Shown: piece by piece, positions 41,276 to 52,333 of the stretch
Layout: every line of letters begins with the position of its first letter
How positions within the stretch are numbered: position 1 is the stretch's first letter
Assembly (NCBI GenBank): GCA_000002435.2
Contig: CM018793.1
DNA: 64,000 nt
Source of the DNA: Giardia intestinalis
Lineage: Eukaryota
Reading direction: 5' to 3' (one strand)
Program-made: the position numbers and the translations under genes
The notes under the pieces: generated by a model
Database searches by the model: none
Told to the model about the DNA's origin: nothing
Seen by the model: the letters and a program-made list of their open reading frames with translations, nothing else

Positions 41276-43054
41276 CTAAAGTGTTTTTACATTACAGTGC
41301 TTTCCAAAGTATCCAACAGAACAAACACAGTTATATCCATTGCACTTTCCATGACCACTGCACACCTCGTTAGTAGCTGAGTTGGTAATACACGACTCGT
41401 TAACGCACTCGCCATCAATGACCTTAGCATCTGAGCGACAAGAGCATTTGTAGCTGCCATCATCTTCTACGCAACGGCCATATCCTCCGCAAACAGACGT
41501 CGTCTGCGCCACATCATCGTAACTCGTCACACATTCTTCGTGGACACACAAGTTATTGACAAATGTTTGGCCAGTAGGACACTGGTACCACTCACAAAGA
41601 GCCCCGCTATATCCTTCGTTACACTTACAGACGCCATCAGTGCAAGTTCCACGATTGCTGCAGATTATAAGTGAAGCAGTCACGCAGCTATTTGGAACAC
41701 AGATCCCCCCTGGAACGGTTTCATAACCGGAATCACAACTGCACATGTAACACACGTCGAACACATCTCTTCCAGAATATGCAATACAGGTACCTTTGCC
41801 AGAGCAGACCGATAGAGCATCAGGGTTGCGTTCATCAATGCACGACCATGGCTGGCAAACCCCATCTATCAGTGTCGCCTCCGACGAGCATTCTTCGCAA
41901 GTAGGACCTGAGTTTGTTGGGTTACAGCTACACACACCGGTGTCAAAGTCGCATGATCCCGCACTGTGACATAGCTGAGGCGGATTCGTCTGACTATTGG
42001 TGACACACGAGGACGGGTAGCAGACAGAATTCCGACCAATGTAGTCAGTGGGACAAATACACCGGGGAGGGTTCATTGAAGCATCATATGTGCCATGAGG
42101 ACACACAATGCCATTCACGATGCAAGAGGCATAGATGCAGGTGTTTTCGTAGAAGACGAAACCGTCATTACATGCGCAAGCCGCTCCATCATTGTTCCAA
42201 ATACAGCGGCCGTGGCCACCACATACACTCTCGTCGGAAATGCAGGCCTCCGGATAGCATGTCTCTTGAGCAGACACGAACCCTGGTTCGCAATCGACGA
42301 CCTTGTACTCGCAAGTGGGCCCATTGTATCCGCTATCGCAAACACAGCGAGTGCCAGCACAGATACCTCTATCAGAGCAGACCTCCGTTATGCCATACAA
42401 GTTATACTCAGTAATGCAGCCATTATAAATGCAAGTGTTATTGTAGAAGGTACCATCATATGGGTAGCACGAGCAAACATAGTGAATGTTCGGGAAGGGC
42501 ATAATCATGCAGCGGCCCAATCCATTGCAGACCAGTGTCTCTCCAGGGACAAATTCCGTCAGGCAAGACTTGTGAACACACGCTCCATCAATAAGAACAG
42601 CCTCAGATGAGCACTCTGTGCACTTTTCGCCCGCGTTCGCAGGATAGCAGCGACAGTATGGCGCGCTCCCATCGGTTGGCTGAATGCACGTCCCGTAGCC
42701 AAAGCAGACGCCTTCCTCAGTGTAGCAAGCTTCTGGAACACAGACCTGGTAGTCGTTAATGTAGCCCTGGTCACAGCTACACTCATAGCTTCCGTGTTCC
42801 GACTCCACACATTTTCCATGGCCATTGCAAACATCATCAGACGCAAGGTAGCAGATCGACGGGTAGCATCCCTGATTTCCAAGACTGTAGCCAGAGTCGC
42901 ACCTACAGACCGAGGCTGTGCAAGTTCCATGATTGTTGCACACTGTGTCTTCAAAAACACAGCTGGATGGATAGCAAGCTCCATCAACTTCAACCTCTCC
43001 GTCTGGGCAATGGATTGCGGTGCAGAGAGCCACTAGCGTCAAGACGAAGATCAT
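41276..43054 (-). CDS. Tenascin-like secreted EGF-repeat cysteine-rich protein, about 590 aa with no TM
   Basis: About 14 EGF-like repeats (CxxxxxCxNHGxCxxxxCxCxxGYxGxxC). Signal peptide MIFVLTLVALCTAIHC from ATG 43054 (the ORF-track start at 43138 is not ATG-initiated at the signal peptide). No C-terminal hydrophobic anchor. Confidence 0.75.
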   Translation of the reverse strand: MIFVLTLVALCTAIHCPDGEVEVDGACYPSSCVFEDTVCNNHGTCTASVCRCDSGYSLGNQGCYPSICYLASDDVCNGHGKCVESEHGSYECSCDQGYINDYQVCVPEACYTEEGVCFGYGTCIQPTDGSAPYCRCYPANAGEKCTECSSEAVLIDGACVHKSCLTEFVPGETLVCNGLGRCMIMPFPNIHYVCSCYPYDGTFYNNTCIYNGCITEYNLYGITEVCSDRGICAGTRCVCDSGYNGPTCEYKVVDCEPGFVSAQETCYPEACISDESVCGGHGRCIWNNDGAACACNDGFVFYENTCIYASCIVNGIVCPHGTYDASMNPPRCICPTDYIGRNSVCYPSSCVTNSQTNPPQLCHSAGSCDFDTGVCSCNPTNSGPTCEECSSEATLIDGVCQPWSCIDERNPDALSVCSGKGTCIAYSGRDVFDVCYMCSCDSGYETVPGGICVPNSCVTASLIICSNRGTCTDGVCKCNEGYSGALCEWYQCPTGQTFVNNLCVHEECVTSYDDVAQTTSVCGGYGRCVEDDGSYKCSCRSDAKVIDGECVNESCITNSATNEVCSGHGKCNGYNCVCSVGYFGKHCNVKTL

Positions 43055-43137
43055 CCAAGTTTTTAAGTTAGTTGAAATTATTTCTCCATTGTGGAAAGTT
43101 TGCAATAACGAAATTGCAAATTTGCTTCCTACAAACA

Positions 43138-46100
43138 ATGGAAGGAGAATACGACTCTGACGTCACACCATATGACTCGCCGCAACCAGAATCTATAAAA
43201 GACTTCCTCCTCAACTTTAACCCATCACGTTTCAGATTCGCCATGCCTCTACGTCGGCAAGATCTGGATCCACCGCTATTAGTCGCAGAGACATGCAACG
43301 TGGAATTGGCTTGTGGCCGGGAGGCCATCTTATCCATCAGCCGCTTTAAGACCAGACAGCACCGTTTAAGGTATACTTTAGCGCGGTTGCGAGAGCGTAC
43401 CTCATGCCCTTCTGCAGTTTGCAATTGTCCCTGTGATAACAGCATTTTTGTCAGTGCTTCTGATCATGTTTGTGACACCATGGAAGCACCTACCATTGTT
43501 CCCTTATCTCTCACTTCTGATGCACAAATAAACCCCCAGTCGTCTCGGCCATCATCTGCTGGTTCAGCTGAGGCACAGACATTCCTTCACAATTGCCTTA
43601 ATAATTTCGCCGATCCGGCTGCTCTGAAGCAATGCACACAAATGCTACGAGAGAATAATAACTTGCTGCCATCAGAGCTGGTTACGACATCTTTTGTTGG
43701 GAACGTCAGAGATTGCCTTGTAGAACTTGGTGCCATGTTGTCCACTAATTACTCTGTATCAAATGTCTTAACTATAGCCCAGAAACAGTTCCTTACAGAG
43801 CTTCTCCGACGCACGAATAAGTTTTTTCTTAGCAACTCTCGCAGATATGAATCTGCACTAAGCTTCGTCTGTGCACTCTGGCCGCTCTGGGTGTACCTTT
43901 CTCAAGTTTTTGATAAAGCAATCTGCGACGTGGTTTCTACTAACCTTAACACTATAACAAAGTTCTACAGCATCAATGTTTCAAAGCGAGTTGGAGAGTA
44001 TATCCAGGCAATGCAAAAGTTGGATTCTACACAGCAAGGATCGGAAAAAAGCATAGATGACCCTGGAGAGCCAGTCGGTAAGTCTGACGACTCCAAGGCG
44101 GTGGCTAAGCTGTCTGTTGACAATATCATTTCAAGCCTACCATCGCACTCCTTGCTTCGCCGCTTCTGTGATGCAGGATTTAAAAACCCTTTTCTTCAAG
44201 CTGCTAGCTGCAAACTTACTTGCCAGCTGTTCACTATATGTAATGACCTGGTCTCTTTTCATCCGGATTTACGCATGCTCATTCACGGGGGTGTTACTTT
44301 TGAGTCCCTTCAAAGTCTCCCCCTCTCAGTTGAGAGCGTGAAGATCGCTAGATATACCTCCTCCAAGGTTTTCTTGCTGCAGGCGCAGCGTGTGTATCGC
44401 AAGTATGGCGATGAGATAGCTGCTGATGCGGACCTGGATGACCTCACACTTCTTCTTCATGACTACTATTTCCATGTGATACACAGCATGACAGAGGACG
44501 GGGTGGAAGAGCCAAGGGATGCGCCCTGTGACGTGAACCATTCTGGCTATATGCAACACTCTTCACTGAACAATGTATCCAAAAGCGACGAGCCAGAGGA
44601 GACGCTCACAGATATGTTTTACAAGCGTGGAAAAGAGGTAGATAGAGCGGTTCTCAGCGCTATTAACCTCCTTAAAGAACGGGCCAGGGAAGATGCTGTT
44701 TCTCCTACATTTACTGGTGATGATGGGTCTTCGGATGAGGATGACGCTGCTGTTGCAACAGAATTGGCCCGCCTGATGGCCTCTCCACCATCAGACTCTG
44801 ATTCCGATGTAGCTGAATCGACTACTACTGCAACTACTGCCATAGACTCCAGTGAAGAAGAGAGCGGTCATGCTGCTGACCCCACTGATGAATTAGGCGT
44901 CGCGCTTCCTAGTAGCCTGTGCACGGCTGTAAACGTACCTAGCAACGCGACAGTAGCCACAGCAGAGCCTGTCATTGAAGGACCTGTCACTCAACTTGAC
45001 GATACTCCAAATGATCAAGAGCCGACACCTCAGCTGCCTGAGGGCAAACTCAATGAACAGGCTGATGAAGAGTCCAGAAAAGACGTTATGCAAAGTGATG
45101 TTTATGATATCAGACAGATGCGAGCGATCAGCGAGGACTACGTCTCTAATTGGCTGAGTCACAACTTCCTCGAAGACGAAATGGCCATGTCTTTAGAGAC
45201 TCAAATGCGGCATATGTGTATGTTCATTTCCTCTGTTTCCCTCGTTGTCTCAGAAGCCGACTCTGAGGCAATCAACACGGAACCTCAGCAGGGACAATCA
45301 TTCTCGGAACAAGAAGAATATTTGCTTAGCCAAGCAATTGAGAAGCTGGCTACGCGGTTTGTAGAAACTGTATCTCTGGATGGACCTCTCAATAGTGTGA
45401 GCATAGCACTTATTCACGAGTTTCTCTGCATTTTCCTGTACTGCACGAGCCTTGGATTTGTTGGAGAGTTCGAGTGCATCAATTTTGACACCTTTCTGCA
45501 AATACTTCAGCACGTAGACTTGTATTCTGAGACTATCCGTTCTGTGAACAGATATATAAAGTCTATGAGTCTGCTCCAGAACGAGGACATCCGAGAGTCT
45601 CTTGTTTCTTACGATAAGAAGATATTTGACTTTCTTCTCAAGAAGTTCAGTATCGTCGATGATGCGTATTACCTCAACGCAGAAAATCCTGCACTAGTTC
45701 GCGACACTAGATTGACAAACTTGCAGTCTAGGATCCAAAACGTTGATGCCTTGAGTGCGACAGTTCGTGATCTCCAGAGGCTGATCGAGAAGCAGTGCAA
45801 TATGACCACTTGTGAGTTCATTAGTTCTTGCTTGATAGAGCATCAGTGCCTGAATTGCATCATTATGGACCTTATTATCCGATCACAAAAGGACTTCTCA
45901 GCGTTCCTCGTTGCCAATCCTGACCAGCTTCTCCAGCTTTTACATGTCTGCAAGGATAATTTACTGAACGATGTGCCTGCTAAAGAACTGGCAACAGAGA
46001 ACATCGACGTAACTCTCAGAAACAGGCTTTCATACTTCCTGCTAATGCTTTTCATTCTTTCACTGCTGGATACAGATACGATTGTTCACTCCATGCAGCT

Positions 46101-49100
46101 CCTACTGAGTCCTGTAGCTAACCCAGAAGAGACATGTGCAGATGGAACCACGGCTGAAGATAGTACTGCAGGAATGGAAAAGCAACACATAACTTCAGAC
46201 CCTACTCGTGCTATGAGTACGTTTACGATTGACAACGTTGTTACCTTGATCTGTGCATACTTACAATCCATATGTAAGTACTCGCAACAATACTCCACCG
46301 ATCGGAGCATTACATATACACTCAATACAATCAACAAGCCGGCTCGGGGCAGTGGGAAGGCGATCAAAATTCCCTTTGAACTGTTCAGAAACAAGGTTGA
46401 TGGAAGCATATACTTTGTGGAGGGAACAAGCGTGGCAAAGCTTTTGACTGTTATTACGGAGCCCTGCTATGCTGGGCTATTTGAGAAGTCGTATGCTCTC
46501 ATACCAAAATTGAAGGTTCGGTCAGATGCCGGTGGAATCGCTAGGCGTCTACTAACGACTGGGCACCTACCACTGGTGGGCATGCGTACTTTGAATACTG
46601 ATCTCTACGATCGTATCAAGCTAATGACGGGAAGGGAGCGGAGTGAGGATCTGCGTTATGTGGATAAGGCCATTCCACGGATACTTCTTGCATCTCTCTT
46701 TTTGGATCGCGTCGCTAGAGCACGCATACCCATATCTGCGTCCCCATTAGAGTCGCTGTTGATGACCCTTGAATATCTTGTCCACAAAAAGCTAATTACG
46801 CACTTGGCTGACCCACCAGATGGAGACTCCGTTTTGGCACAAAGCCTTTTCTGCTTCCCCGCAGGAATTAAGCCAAAGGTGTCTTCATTTATTGTGTCGT
46901 TGTTCACGCTTTCAAAGCATCCCATCAGCATGACGCTTTCTTATGCCCTATTCCACTGGCTAGAACTGCCAGCTACTGAGCTAGCTTTGTTTTACAATAC
47001 TCTGGAAAAATTGCCCAATTTTGGTTTTATCAATTTGCCCACAGAAAGGATTGCGGCAGCTTTAGCGGCCAAAGATGACCCTGAATCGTTGGATATAGTT
47101 GATCCCCATAGTGCTGAGCAAGCACCTGCCTCTCTTTTAGCGCAGCAGGGATTGCCAGGGACACTTGCTGCCACCCAAGTTCAGGCAGAAGCATCGTCTT
47201 GCAGCCTTGCTTCCTTCGCCTCTACAGACCTTTTGGACCAATCACTTATACATTCCCCTGTTGATAAGCTATTGTCATCCATGGGAACGCAAAGTACGTG
47301 TGCCTTTCAGTATCAATCACAAGCTATACTAGAAGAGTATACCTCCTTGGCGCAACTTTTTTACAGGAGCTTCACGCACGTGATAGTAATATTGCTGTTT
47401 GCGTTAGGGAACTGGAGATGTTATCCTCTCGGCCAGTTCTTGTACCTACCTGCTGAGCGGATATCCCAATTGCAAGGCAAGACCTTTTCTATTCCTGATA
47501 GATTGACCATGCTGAATTCACTATCTATCATCTTAGGGGAGATAGAAGCCATAGTGGCGTTTATACCGTTCATTCAGCAAACACTTCCTGTAGTGACGCT
47601 CCTCAGTGGTTGCCTGGCACACATTGACGAGGCCATCTTCTTAGGCAATGAACCCATCATACGAACGCTACTCCGTATTCTATTACCAGGAGAATTATAC
47701 TTCTCGCTGATGCGACCTCCGTCGGCGCAGACAGGGCAGATGCACTCTCTCACTTCCTCGTTGGCAACCAAGCCCTTGTCGGCAGGCGGGTCCATACTTC
47801 CGGCCCGTCCGCTATCCTCATCGTTAACCACTAAGCCAGGATACTTTATGACTGGATCAATTAATCAATCGCGTGGAGGACTATCTGTATCTCTTAAAAC
47901 CAAGCAGATGGTTCTTGCATGTCTACGGACTACCCTCGCGAACGCAATTCAAATGTGTGCATTATCTACTCTACCCCAGACCTATCCCTTCTATAATATC
48001 TATACAAACGAGCTGCTTCAGCTCTCTCAACTAGAAATATGCTCTATTTACCTAATAGGATGGTTGAGGCTCACTCAAAACTTGACACTATGCTATGATG
48101 GTGCCCTCGTTGCTCAGCTTGTCACAATTCTCTCCTACTTTCCGCAATTGAGGTACGGTATTCAGCGAGACACCCCTGAAGAGCCGTCCGAATTAGAACA
48201 CGCCGCATCTTTTAATGCGTTCGGTTCGGTGACCTCTAACGCGACTCCACTGATGCATACCAATTCCCCGGCTTTGCGCCCCTCATCAAGAGCGTCCACA
48301 GCTTCCAAGGCAACCTTGAGAGGGATATCAGCGGGAGCATCTAGCCTGAACTTTAGGAGTATTCCTGGTCTCTTTTCTCCTAACTTTAATGTGGTCAGCA
48401 CTCCCTTTATTGCGCTGCTTTTTCCTGCCTTTACGTTTGATGGGGCTGTGAGTAACTTCGTCGGCTGGATGATATACCATTTTCTTCTAGGTTACGTTAA
48501 ATCTGGCGGTTTAGAGGGGATGCTGCATCAAATACATATATCAGAGGAGTCTGTACCTTTAGCTGGTGTGTCTGTACACGCTGACTTAGATTCAGGACCA
48601 GAAAAGTATATCGAGTCATTAACCAGCTACTTCTCCACGCAAATGGAGCTTGTTTCAGCATGCAAGAATATATGTTCGCTTGTCTCTGCTCTCACATCTG
48701 TGCTTCAGTACGACATGCTCCACCTTTCTGATTCTTCAATGCAGCTCGGACACAAGCTATCTGCACATGTCCTTCAGGGCATGCTCATGGCTCTGCCCGG
48801 AACTGTGTGCAACACAGGTGAGTCTATGTTTGATGACCCCAACTCTACCAGTCGAATGGCAAAGATACTGATTCCTCTCTCAGCACCTTTGGGAGCATTT
48901 TCAACAGCCGGTTGCTTCGCCATAGATTTACCAAGCACGCAGGTTATCAAAACGGATGCAGAAGAAACAGATACTGCAAAAGAGCAAACAGAGGAAACTA
49001 AAGAAGAGACAGAAAAACAGACACTTGGTACCAAGATGATAGATGTATACGTTCCAGCGCCAAAGGTGGCTGGAAGCTTATCAGAGACGCATTTTTCGTA

Positions 49101-51036
49101 TCTTTCGGCAGAATCCAGGTTGGCAGATGTATGGACAAGCTATCAAGTCTTCTTGACCTCTGAGTACAATGAATACTTCTTCCTACAATCTCACGCCATT
49201 GTAGATCCGGCCTGCCTTTATGGAGATCACCTAGGGATGTTCTTTGCACTATGTTCATACCACATTTGGTTCAGGATGTTGTTAGATCCGTTGTTTCGTA
49301 GAAGCACCCTAATTATGTCTGTCGATGATCAGACCGATCCCTATTACGCCCTCTATAGTGAGGTTCAACACGCCCATAGATGCTATTGCTTGGAAGCAGG
49401 CCATCTCTCTAGTGTGTGGTTTGGGGTTGATTTAATCGCAATCACTCGGATCTTACGGTATCCAAATGCGGAAACAGACGAAGCTGACATTGCCCATCGA
49501 AAGCAACTGTGCTTACTGAAACGTGCATGCATCTATATTGCTGAGCTCAAGGAGGCCCTTCACGTAAAATCACCGACAGAGGGATTGTATAGCCACTTGG
49601 TTGCTCAGCAGCACGCAATGAAGTCAGTGGAGGAGCATACTATTCTAGGCCTTACCCTACCCAGCTCTGGTGTTGATGACCATACTATTGCGCAGATTCT
49701 TATGGAAGACCTGGCTGCTCAATCTAAGCAAGAATATAATTCGATGGTGTTTTTGGGCGCTCTTGGCGATATCTATCTTAACGGGGCAGCACTCTTCATG
49801 CTTTCGTTCGACGACAAGCTGTTTATGTTTAGGCATCTTATGCGTCTAGGGAGTAACTGTTATCTTCCAGAGCAGACAATGAGCGAGACAATGGTCGAGG
49901 CAACGAAATATGTTCCAGCTCAGAGCACAACGCTAGAGATATCTGTGCGACGCGATGCTCCGCTGCAATCTCTCATTGAGTACCTTGATCAAAATGTGGC
50001 AGGGTCTCAAGCGGCTCTCCAGAAGCCGTGGCGGGTCGCTTTCTTAGATGAGAACGCTCTCGATTTGCATGGTCCACGACAGGAATACATGAACCTTGTT
50101 ACAAGCGATCTGATGAATCACTGTCAGGCATTCAGTCGTAAGAATTATCTGCCAAAGACATGCAAAACCAGTGCATCCCCCTTGAAGCGTCAATCAGGGT
50201 ATTTAGAGTATATCATTTTGGCATATCTGATATCTCGATCCATTACTGAATTTCTTTCTCTAAGCTTTGACATTCCCACGACCCTCCTACGAAGGATCTT
50301 AGGGCTATCCTTCAAGGCTCAGGACATCATGCTGTCGTCTCCAGAGATGTACTATGGCAATCTGATTGCTCTACTTAATGTGGATAGATCTAGATTTGAA
50401 GATTGTGTGGGACTCGATATTACTGATGTACCCTTTGATGACGCAATCGACACAGAGCACTCCACAATCAAGTACTCTGGAGACACCATGGACCACGTTA
50501 ATATGATGGTGGCGGAAATTACTAATCGCAGATCTGTGCCGATCAATGTCGTAGCCAAGCTTGTGCAAAGATCCCTTCCATCTGTGGATCTCCGCATATT
50601 CACCCCTGTAGAATTGGGACTTGTGATCTCAGGAATTAATGAGCTATCATCGAGCCAGCTAGTCTCGCTATTTAAATGGATTCACCCTCCTCCTGACGTG
50701 TCCTCTAGCCTTGTTTCACAAGCAACAGAGCTAGCGTTTTCAACTGTACTCAATGAGCTTACCTTTGAAGAGCGCGCTGACTTTCTATGCTTTGTTACAG
50801 GCTCAAGCAGAATCCCACCAATTGGATTTGAACCAGAGCTGAAGGTTCAACGGTTGGCTGCGGACGGTGAGACACCTGACACAAAACCAGAGGACATAGA
50901 TCCGAAGAAGCTACGGCTTCCATCTGCTAGTACCTGCTTCCACAGTCTGAAGCTACCTCCATATTGCAATCCTGCAGATCTGAAGAGGGTACTAAAGATT
51001 TCTGTAAGCGAAGGAAAGACCTTTGAGTTCGCATAA
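43138..51036 (+). CDS. Giant HECT-domain E3 ubiquitin ligase, about 2632 aa
   Basis: C-terminal HECT domain with the catalytic-Cys motif LPSASTCFHSLKLPPY about 35 aa from the end. The first ATG is 43138 (the ORF-track start at 43072 is TTG). It is divergent from the tenascin-like gene, with an 84-bp AT-rich intergenic region. Confidence 0.8.
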   Translation: MEGEYDSDVTPYDSPQPESIKDFLLNFNPSRFRFAMPLRRQDLDPPLLVAETCNVELACGREAILSISRFKTRQHRLRYTLARLRERTSCPSAVCNCPCDNSIFVSASDHVCDTMEAPTIVPLSLTSDAQINPQSSRPSSAGSAEAQTFLHNCLNNFADPAALKQCTQMLRENNNLLPSELVTTSFVGNVRDCLVELGAMLSTNYSVSNVLTIAQKQFLTELLRRTNKFFLSNSRRYESALSFVCALWPLWVYLSQVFDKAICDVVSTNLNTITKFYSINVSKRVGEYIQAMQKLDSTQQGSEKSIDDPGEPVGKSDDSKAVAKLSVDNIISSLPSHSLLRRFCDAGFKNPFLQAASCKLTCQLFTICNDLVSFHPDLRMLIHGGVTFESLQSLPLSVESVKIARYTSSKVFLLQAQRVYRKYGDEIAADADLDDLTLLLHDYYFHVIHSMTEDGVEEPRDAPCDVNHSGYMQHSSLNNVSKSDEPEETLTDMFYKRGKEVDRAVLSAINLLKERAREDAVSPTFTGDDGSSDEDDAAVATELARLMASPPSDSDSDVAESTTTATTAIDSSEEESGHAADPTDELGVALPSSLCTAVNVPSNATVATAEPVIEGPVTQLDDTPNDQEPTPQLPEGKLNEQADEESRKDVMQSDVYDIRQMRAISEDYVSNWLSHNFLEDEMAMSLETQMRHMCMFISSVSLVVSEADSEAINTEPQQGQSFSEQEEYLLSQAIEKLATRFVETVSLDGPLNSVSIALIHEFLCIFLYCTSLGFVGEFECINFDTFLQILQHVDLYSETIRSVNRYIKSMSLLQNEDIRESLVSYDKKIFDFLLKKFSIVDDAYYLNAENPALVRDTRLTNLQSRIQNVDALSATVRDLQRLIEKQCNMTTCEFISSCLIEHQCLNCIIMDLIIRSQKDFSAFLVANPDQLLQLLHVCKDNLLNDVPAKELATENIDVTLRNRLSYFLLMLFILSLLDTDTIVHSMQLLLSPVANPEETCADGTTAEDSTAGMEKQHITSDPTRAMSTFTIDNVVTLICAYLQSICKYSQQYSTDRSITYTLNTINKPARGSGKAIKIPFELFRNKVDGSIYFVEGTSVAKLLTVITEPCYAGLFEKSYALIPKLKVRSDAGGIARRLLTTGHLPLVGMRTLNTDLYDRIKLMTGRERSEDLRYVDKAIPRILLASLFLDRVARARIPISASPLESLLMTLEYLVHKKLITHLADPPDGDSVLAQSLFCFPAGIKPKVSSFIVSLFTLSKHPISMTLSYALFHWLELPATELALFYNTLEKLPNFGFINLPTERIAAALAAKDDPESLDIVDPHSAEQAPASLLAQQGLPGTLAATQVQAEASSCSLASFASTDLLDQSLIHSPVDKLLSSMGTQSTCAFQYQSQAILEEYTSLAQLFYRSFTHVIVILLFALGNWRCYPLGQFLYLPAERISQLQGKTFSIPDRLTMLNSLSIILGEIEAIVAFIPFIQQTLPVVTLLSGCLAHIDEAIFLGNEPIIRTLLRILLPGELYFSLMRPPSAQTGQMHSLTSSLATKPLSAGGSILPARPLSSSLTTKPGYFMTGSINQSRGGLSVSLKTKQMVLACLRTTLANAIQMCALSTLPQTYPFYNIYTNELLQLSQLEICSIYLIGWLRLTQNLTLCYDGALVAQLVTILSYFPQLRYGIQRDTPEEPSELEHAASFNAFGSVTSNATPLMHTNSPALRPSSRASTASKATLRGISAGASSLNFRSIPGLFSPNFNVVSTPFIALLFPAFTFDGAVSNFVGWMIYHFLLGYVKSGGLEGMLHQIHISEESVPLAGVSVHADLDSGPEKYIESLTSYFSTQMELVSACKNICSLVSALTSVLQYDMLHLSDSSMQLGHKLSAHVLQGMLMALPGTVCNTGESMFDDPNSTSRMAKILIPLSAPLGAFSTAGCFAIDLPSTQVIKTDAEETDTAKEQTEETKEETEKQTLGTKMIDVYVPAPKVAGSLSETHFSYLSAESRLADVWTSYQVFLTSEYNEYFFLQSHAIVDPACLYGDHLGMFFALCSYHIWFRMLLDPLFRRSTLIMSVDDQTDPYYALYSEVQHAHRCYCLEAGHLSSVWFGVDLIAITRILRYPNAETDEADIAHRKQLCLLKRACIYIAELKEALHVKSPTEGLYSHLVAQQHAMKSVEEHTILGLTLPSSGVDDHTIAQILMEDLAAQSKQEYNSMVFLGALGDIYLNGAALFMLSFDDKLFMFRHLMRLGSNCYLPEQTMSETMVEATKYVPAQSTTLEISVRRDAPLQSLIEYLDQNVAGSQAALQKPWRVAFLDENALDLHGPRQEYMNLVTSDLMNHCQAFSRKNYLPKTCKTSASPLKRQSGYLEYIILAYLISRSITEFLSLSFDIPTTLLRRILGLSFKAQDIMLSSPEMYYGNLIALLNVDRSRFEDCVGLDITDVPFDDAIDTEHSTIKYSGDTMDHVNMMVAEITNRRSVPINVVAKLVQRSLPSVDLRIFTPVELGLVISGINELSSSQLVSLFKWIHPPPDVSSSLVSQATELAFSTVLNELTFEERADFLCFVTGSSRIPPIGFEPELKVQRLAADGETPDTKPEDIDPKKLRLPSASTCFHSLKLPPYCNPADLKRVLKISVSEGKTFEFA

Positions 51037-51142
51037 GTAGTAAAGAGCTGCATTACATTATAGAATGGGCTTGATACACTCTACTACTGAGCTCTAAAGC
51101 GCCTGCAGAGTGAGTCGGCCGTTCACAGTTCACAAAAACTTG

Positions 51143-51697
51143 ATGCCCCTGGGGGACGCCTTCCATTTGCCACAGATCCAGATGAGGCGGGGGTCTGTTA
51201 CTAAGCCACCACCCTCGATCCTCGGGGGTTCAAAGGAAAACAGCCCAGAGGAGCAGCTTCGGACTCGGCTCCCTGCCCTCCGATCAGCCGCGTATCAGCG
51301 GCCTATAGCCCACCAGAAGGACTCTTCCCCTGCTCTTGAAAAGAGCAGTCTGCGGCTGAGTGCAGGCCTCGGTGCATCGGGCCACGGACCCTTCGCACTG
51401 CCGCTATCGCCCTGTCTTTCTGCCGTATGCTCTACTAACGCGGGGTCAACTGGATCATCCTATGTAGCCACTCCTCTCCAACTATCTCAGACAGGCATGT
51501 GCGTAGGAAGCCCTATAGTCGAAGGTTTAGCCGGAATCCCCCCACGCGAAGTAGAGCCTAAGATTGTTTCCATGTTCAAGTACAAGGGCGGGGAGATGAC
51601 TATTATCAACCGCATGATACGAATGTATACGAGCCACAACTTAGGGAGCATCTACGAGCTGCGAAGACTAATACTTGGTGGTGAACGCCTTAGCTGA
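51143..51697 (+). CDS. Hypothetical Ser/Pro-rich protein, about 184 aa
   Basis: First ATG after a GTG-initiated ORF-track start, with leader cacaaaaacttg. Low-complexity composition. It ends 21 bp before the Rab-like gene. Confidence 0.35.
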   Translation: MPLGDAFHLPQIQMRRGSVTKPPPSILGGSKENSPEEQLRTRLPALRSAAYQRPIAHQKDSSPALEKSSLRLSAGLGASGHGPFALPLSPCLSAVCSTNAGSTGSSYVATPLQLSQTGMCVGSPIVEGLAGIPPREVEPKIVSMFKYKGGEMTIINRMIRMYTSHNLGSIYELRRLILGGERLS

Positions 51698-51718
51698 AAA
51701 AACTGTTAGCTATCATTT

Positions 51719-52333
51719 ATGTCAACACTCGGTGAGCGCTACAAACTCGTGGTCCTGGGGAACGCGCGCGTGGGCAAGACATCCTTGATTGTCCGCTTAA
51801 CGACTAATGTGTTCAAAGACGCATGCACCCCCACCTATGGAGTGGATTGGTTCTATAAGGATATTGAGGTTCCTGACGGAAATGCCAAGGTTTCTCTCCA
51901 TATCTGGGACACGGGTGGGACGGAACACTACTCTGGAATGCAGCCACTCTATCTAAGGGGAGCTGTAGTCGTTTTATTATGCTATGATATGACTAATCGG
52001 TTATCATTCGAGAATCTATTATACTGGAAGGACCTTGCAGCTAATGTCAAGTCCGCAGAATTCTATTATCTAGTGGCAACAAAAAGCGATCAGGCAGAGC
52101 ACCGGGCTGTAAAGCAACAAGATGCAGAGCGTCTTTCAGTCCTTCTGGGATGCAGAGCATACTTTGAAGTCAGTGCGGCAGATGGCACTAACATAGACAA
52201 TCTACTGGGTAAGCTTGCACAGGACCTAAAGGGACGGATGGAGCTTAGCAAGACTTCGCCTCAAGTGGGTCCGCCAACAGTTGATGTTCAAGCCCTGACA
52301 AACGAATCACGTACCAAGGGGTGTTACTGCTAA
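51719..52333 (+). CDS. Rab-like small GTPase with atypical G3 and G4 motifs
   Basis: G1 GNARVGKTS, switch I TPTYGVDW, G3 WDTGGTE (Thr replaces the catalytic Gln), G4 TKSD, G5 SAA, and a C-terminal CYC (CXC) prenylation motif. Confidence 0.8.
   Translation: MSTLGERYKLVVLGNARVGKTSLIVRLTTNVFKDACTPTYGVDWFYKDIEVPDGNAKVSLHIWDTGGTEHYSGMQPLYLRGAVVVLLCYDMTNRLSFENLLYWKDLAANVKSAEFYYLVATKSDQAEHRAVKQQDAERLSVLLGCRAYFEVSAADGTNIDNLLGKLAQDLKGRMELSKTSPQVGPPTVDVQALTNESRTKGCYC

Noticed and set aside
470-43138. ORF-track start positions at 470, 5831, 17841, 22684, 27307, 37310, 40917, 43072 and 51110
   Set aside because: Inspection shows these begin with TTG or GTG, which are bacterial-style alternative starts shown as M. 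In a eukaryote they are not initiation codons. Starts were moved to the first ATG with an AT-rich leader, or the feature was flagged as start-less.
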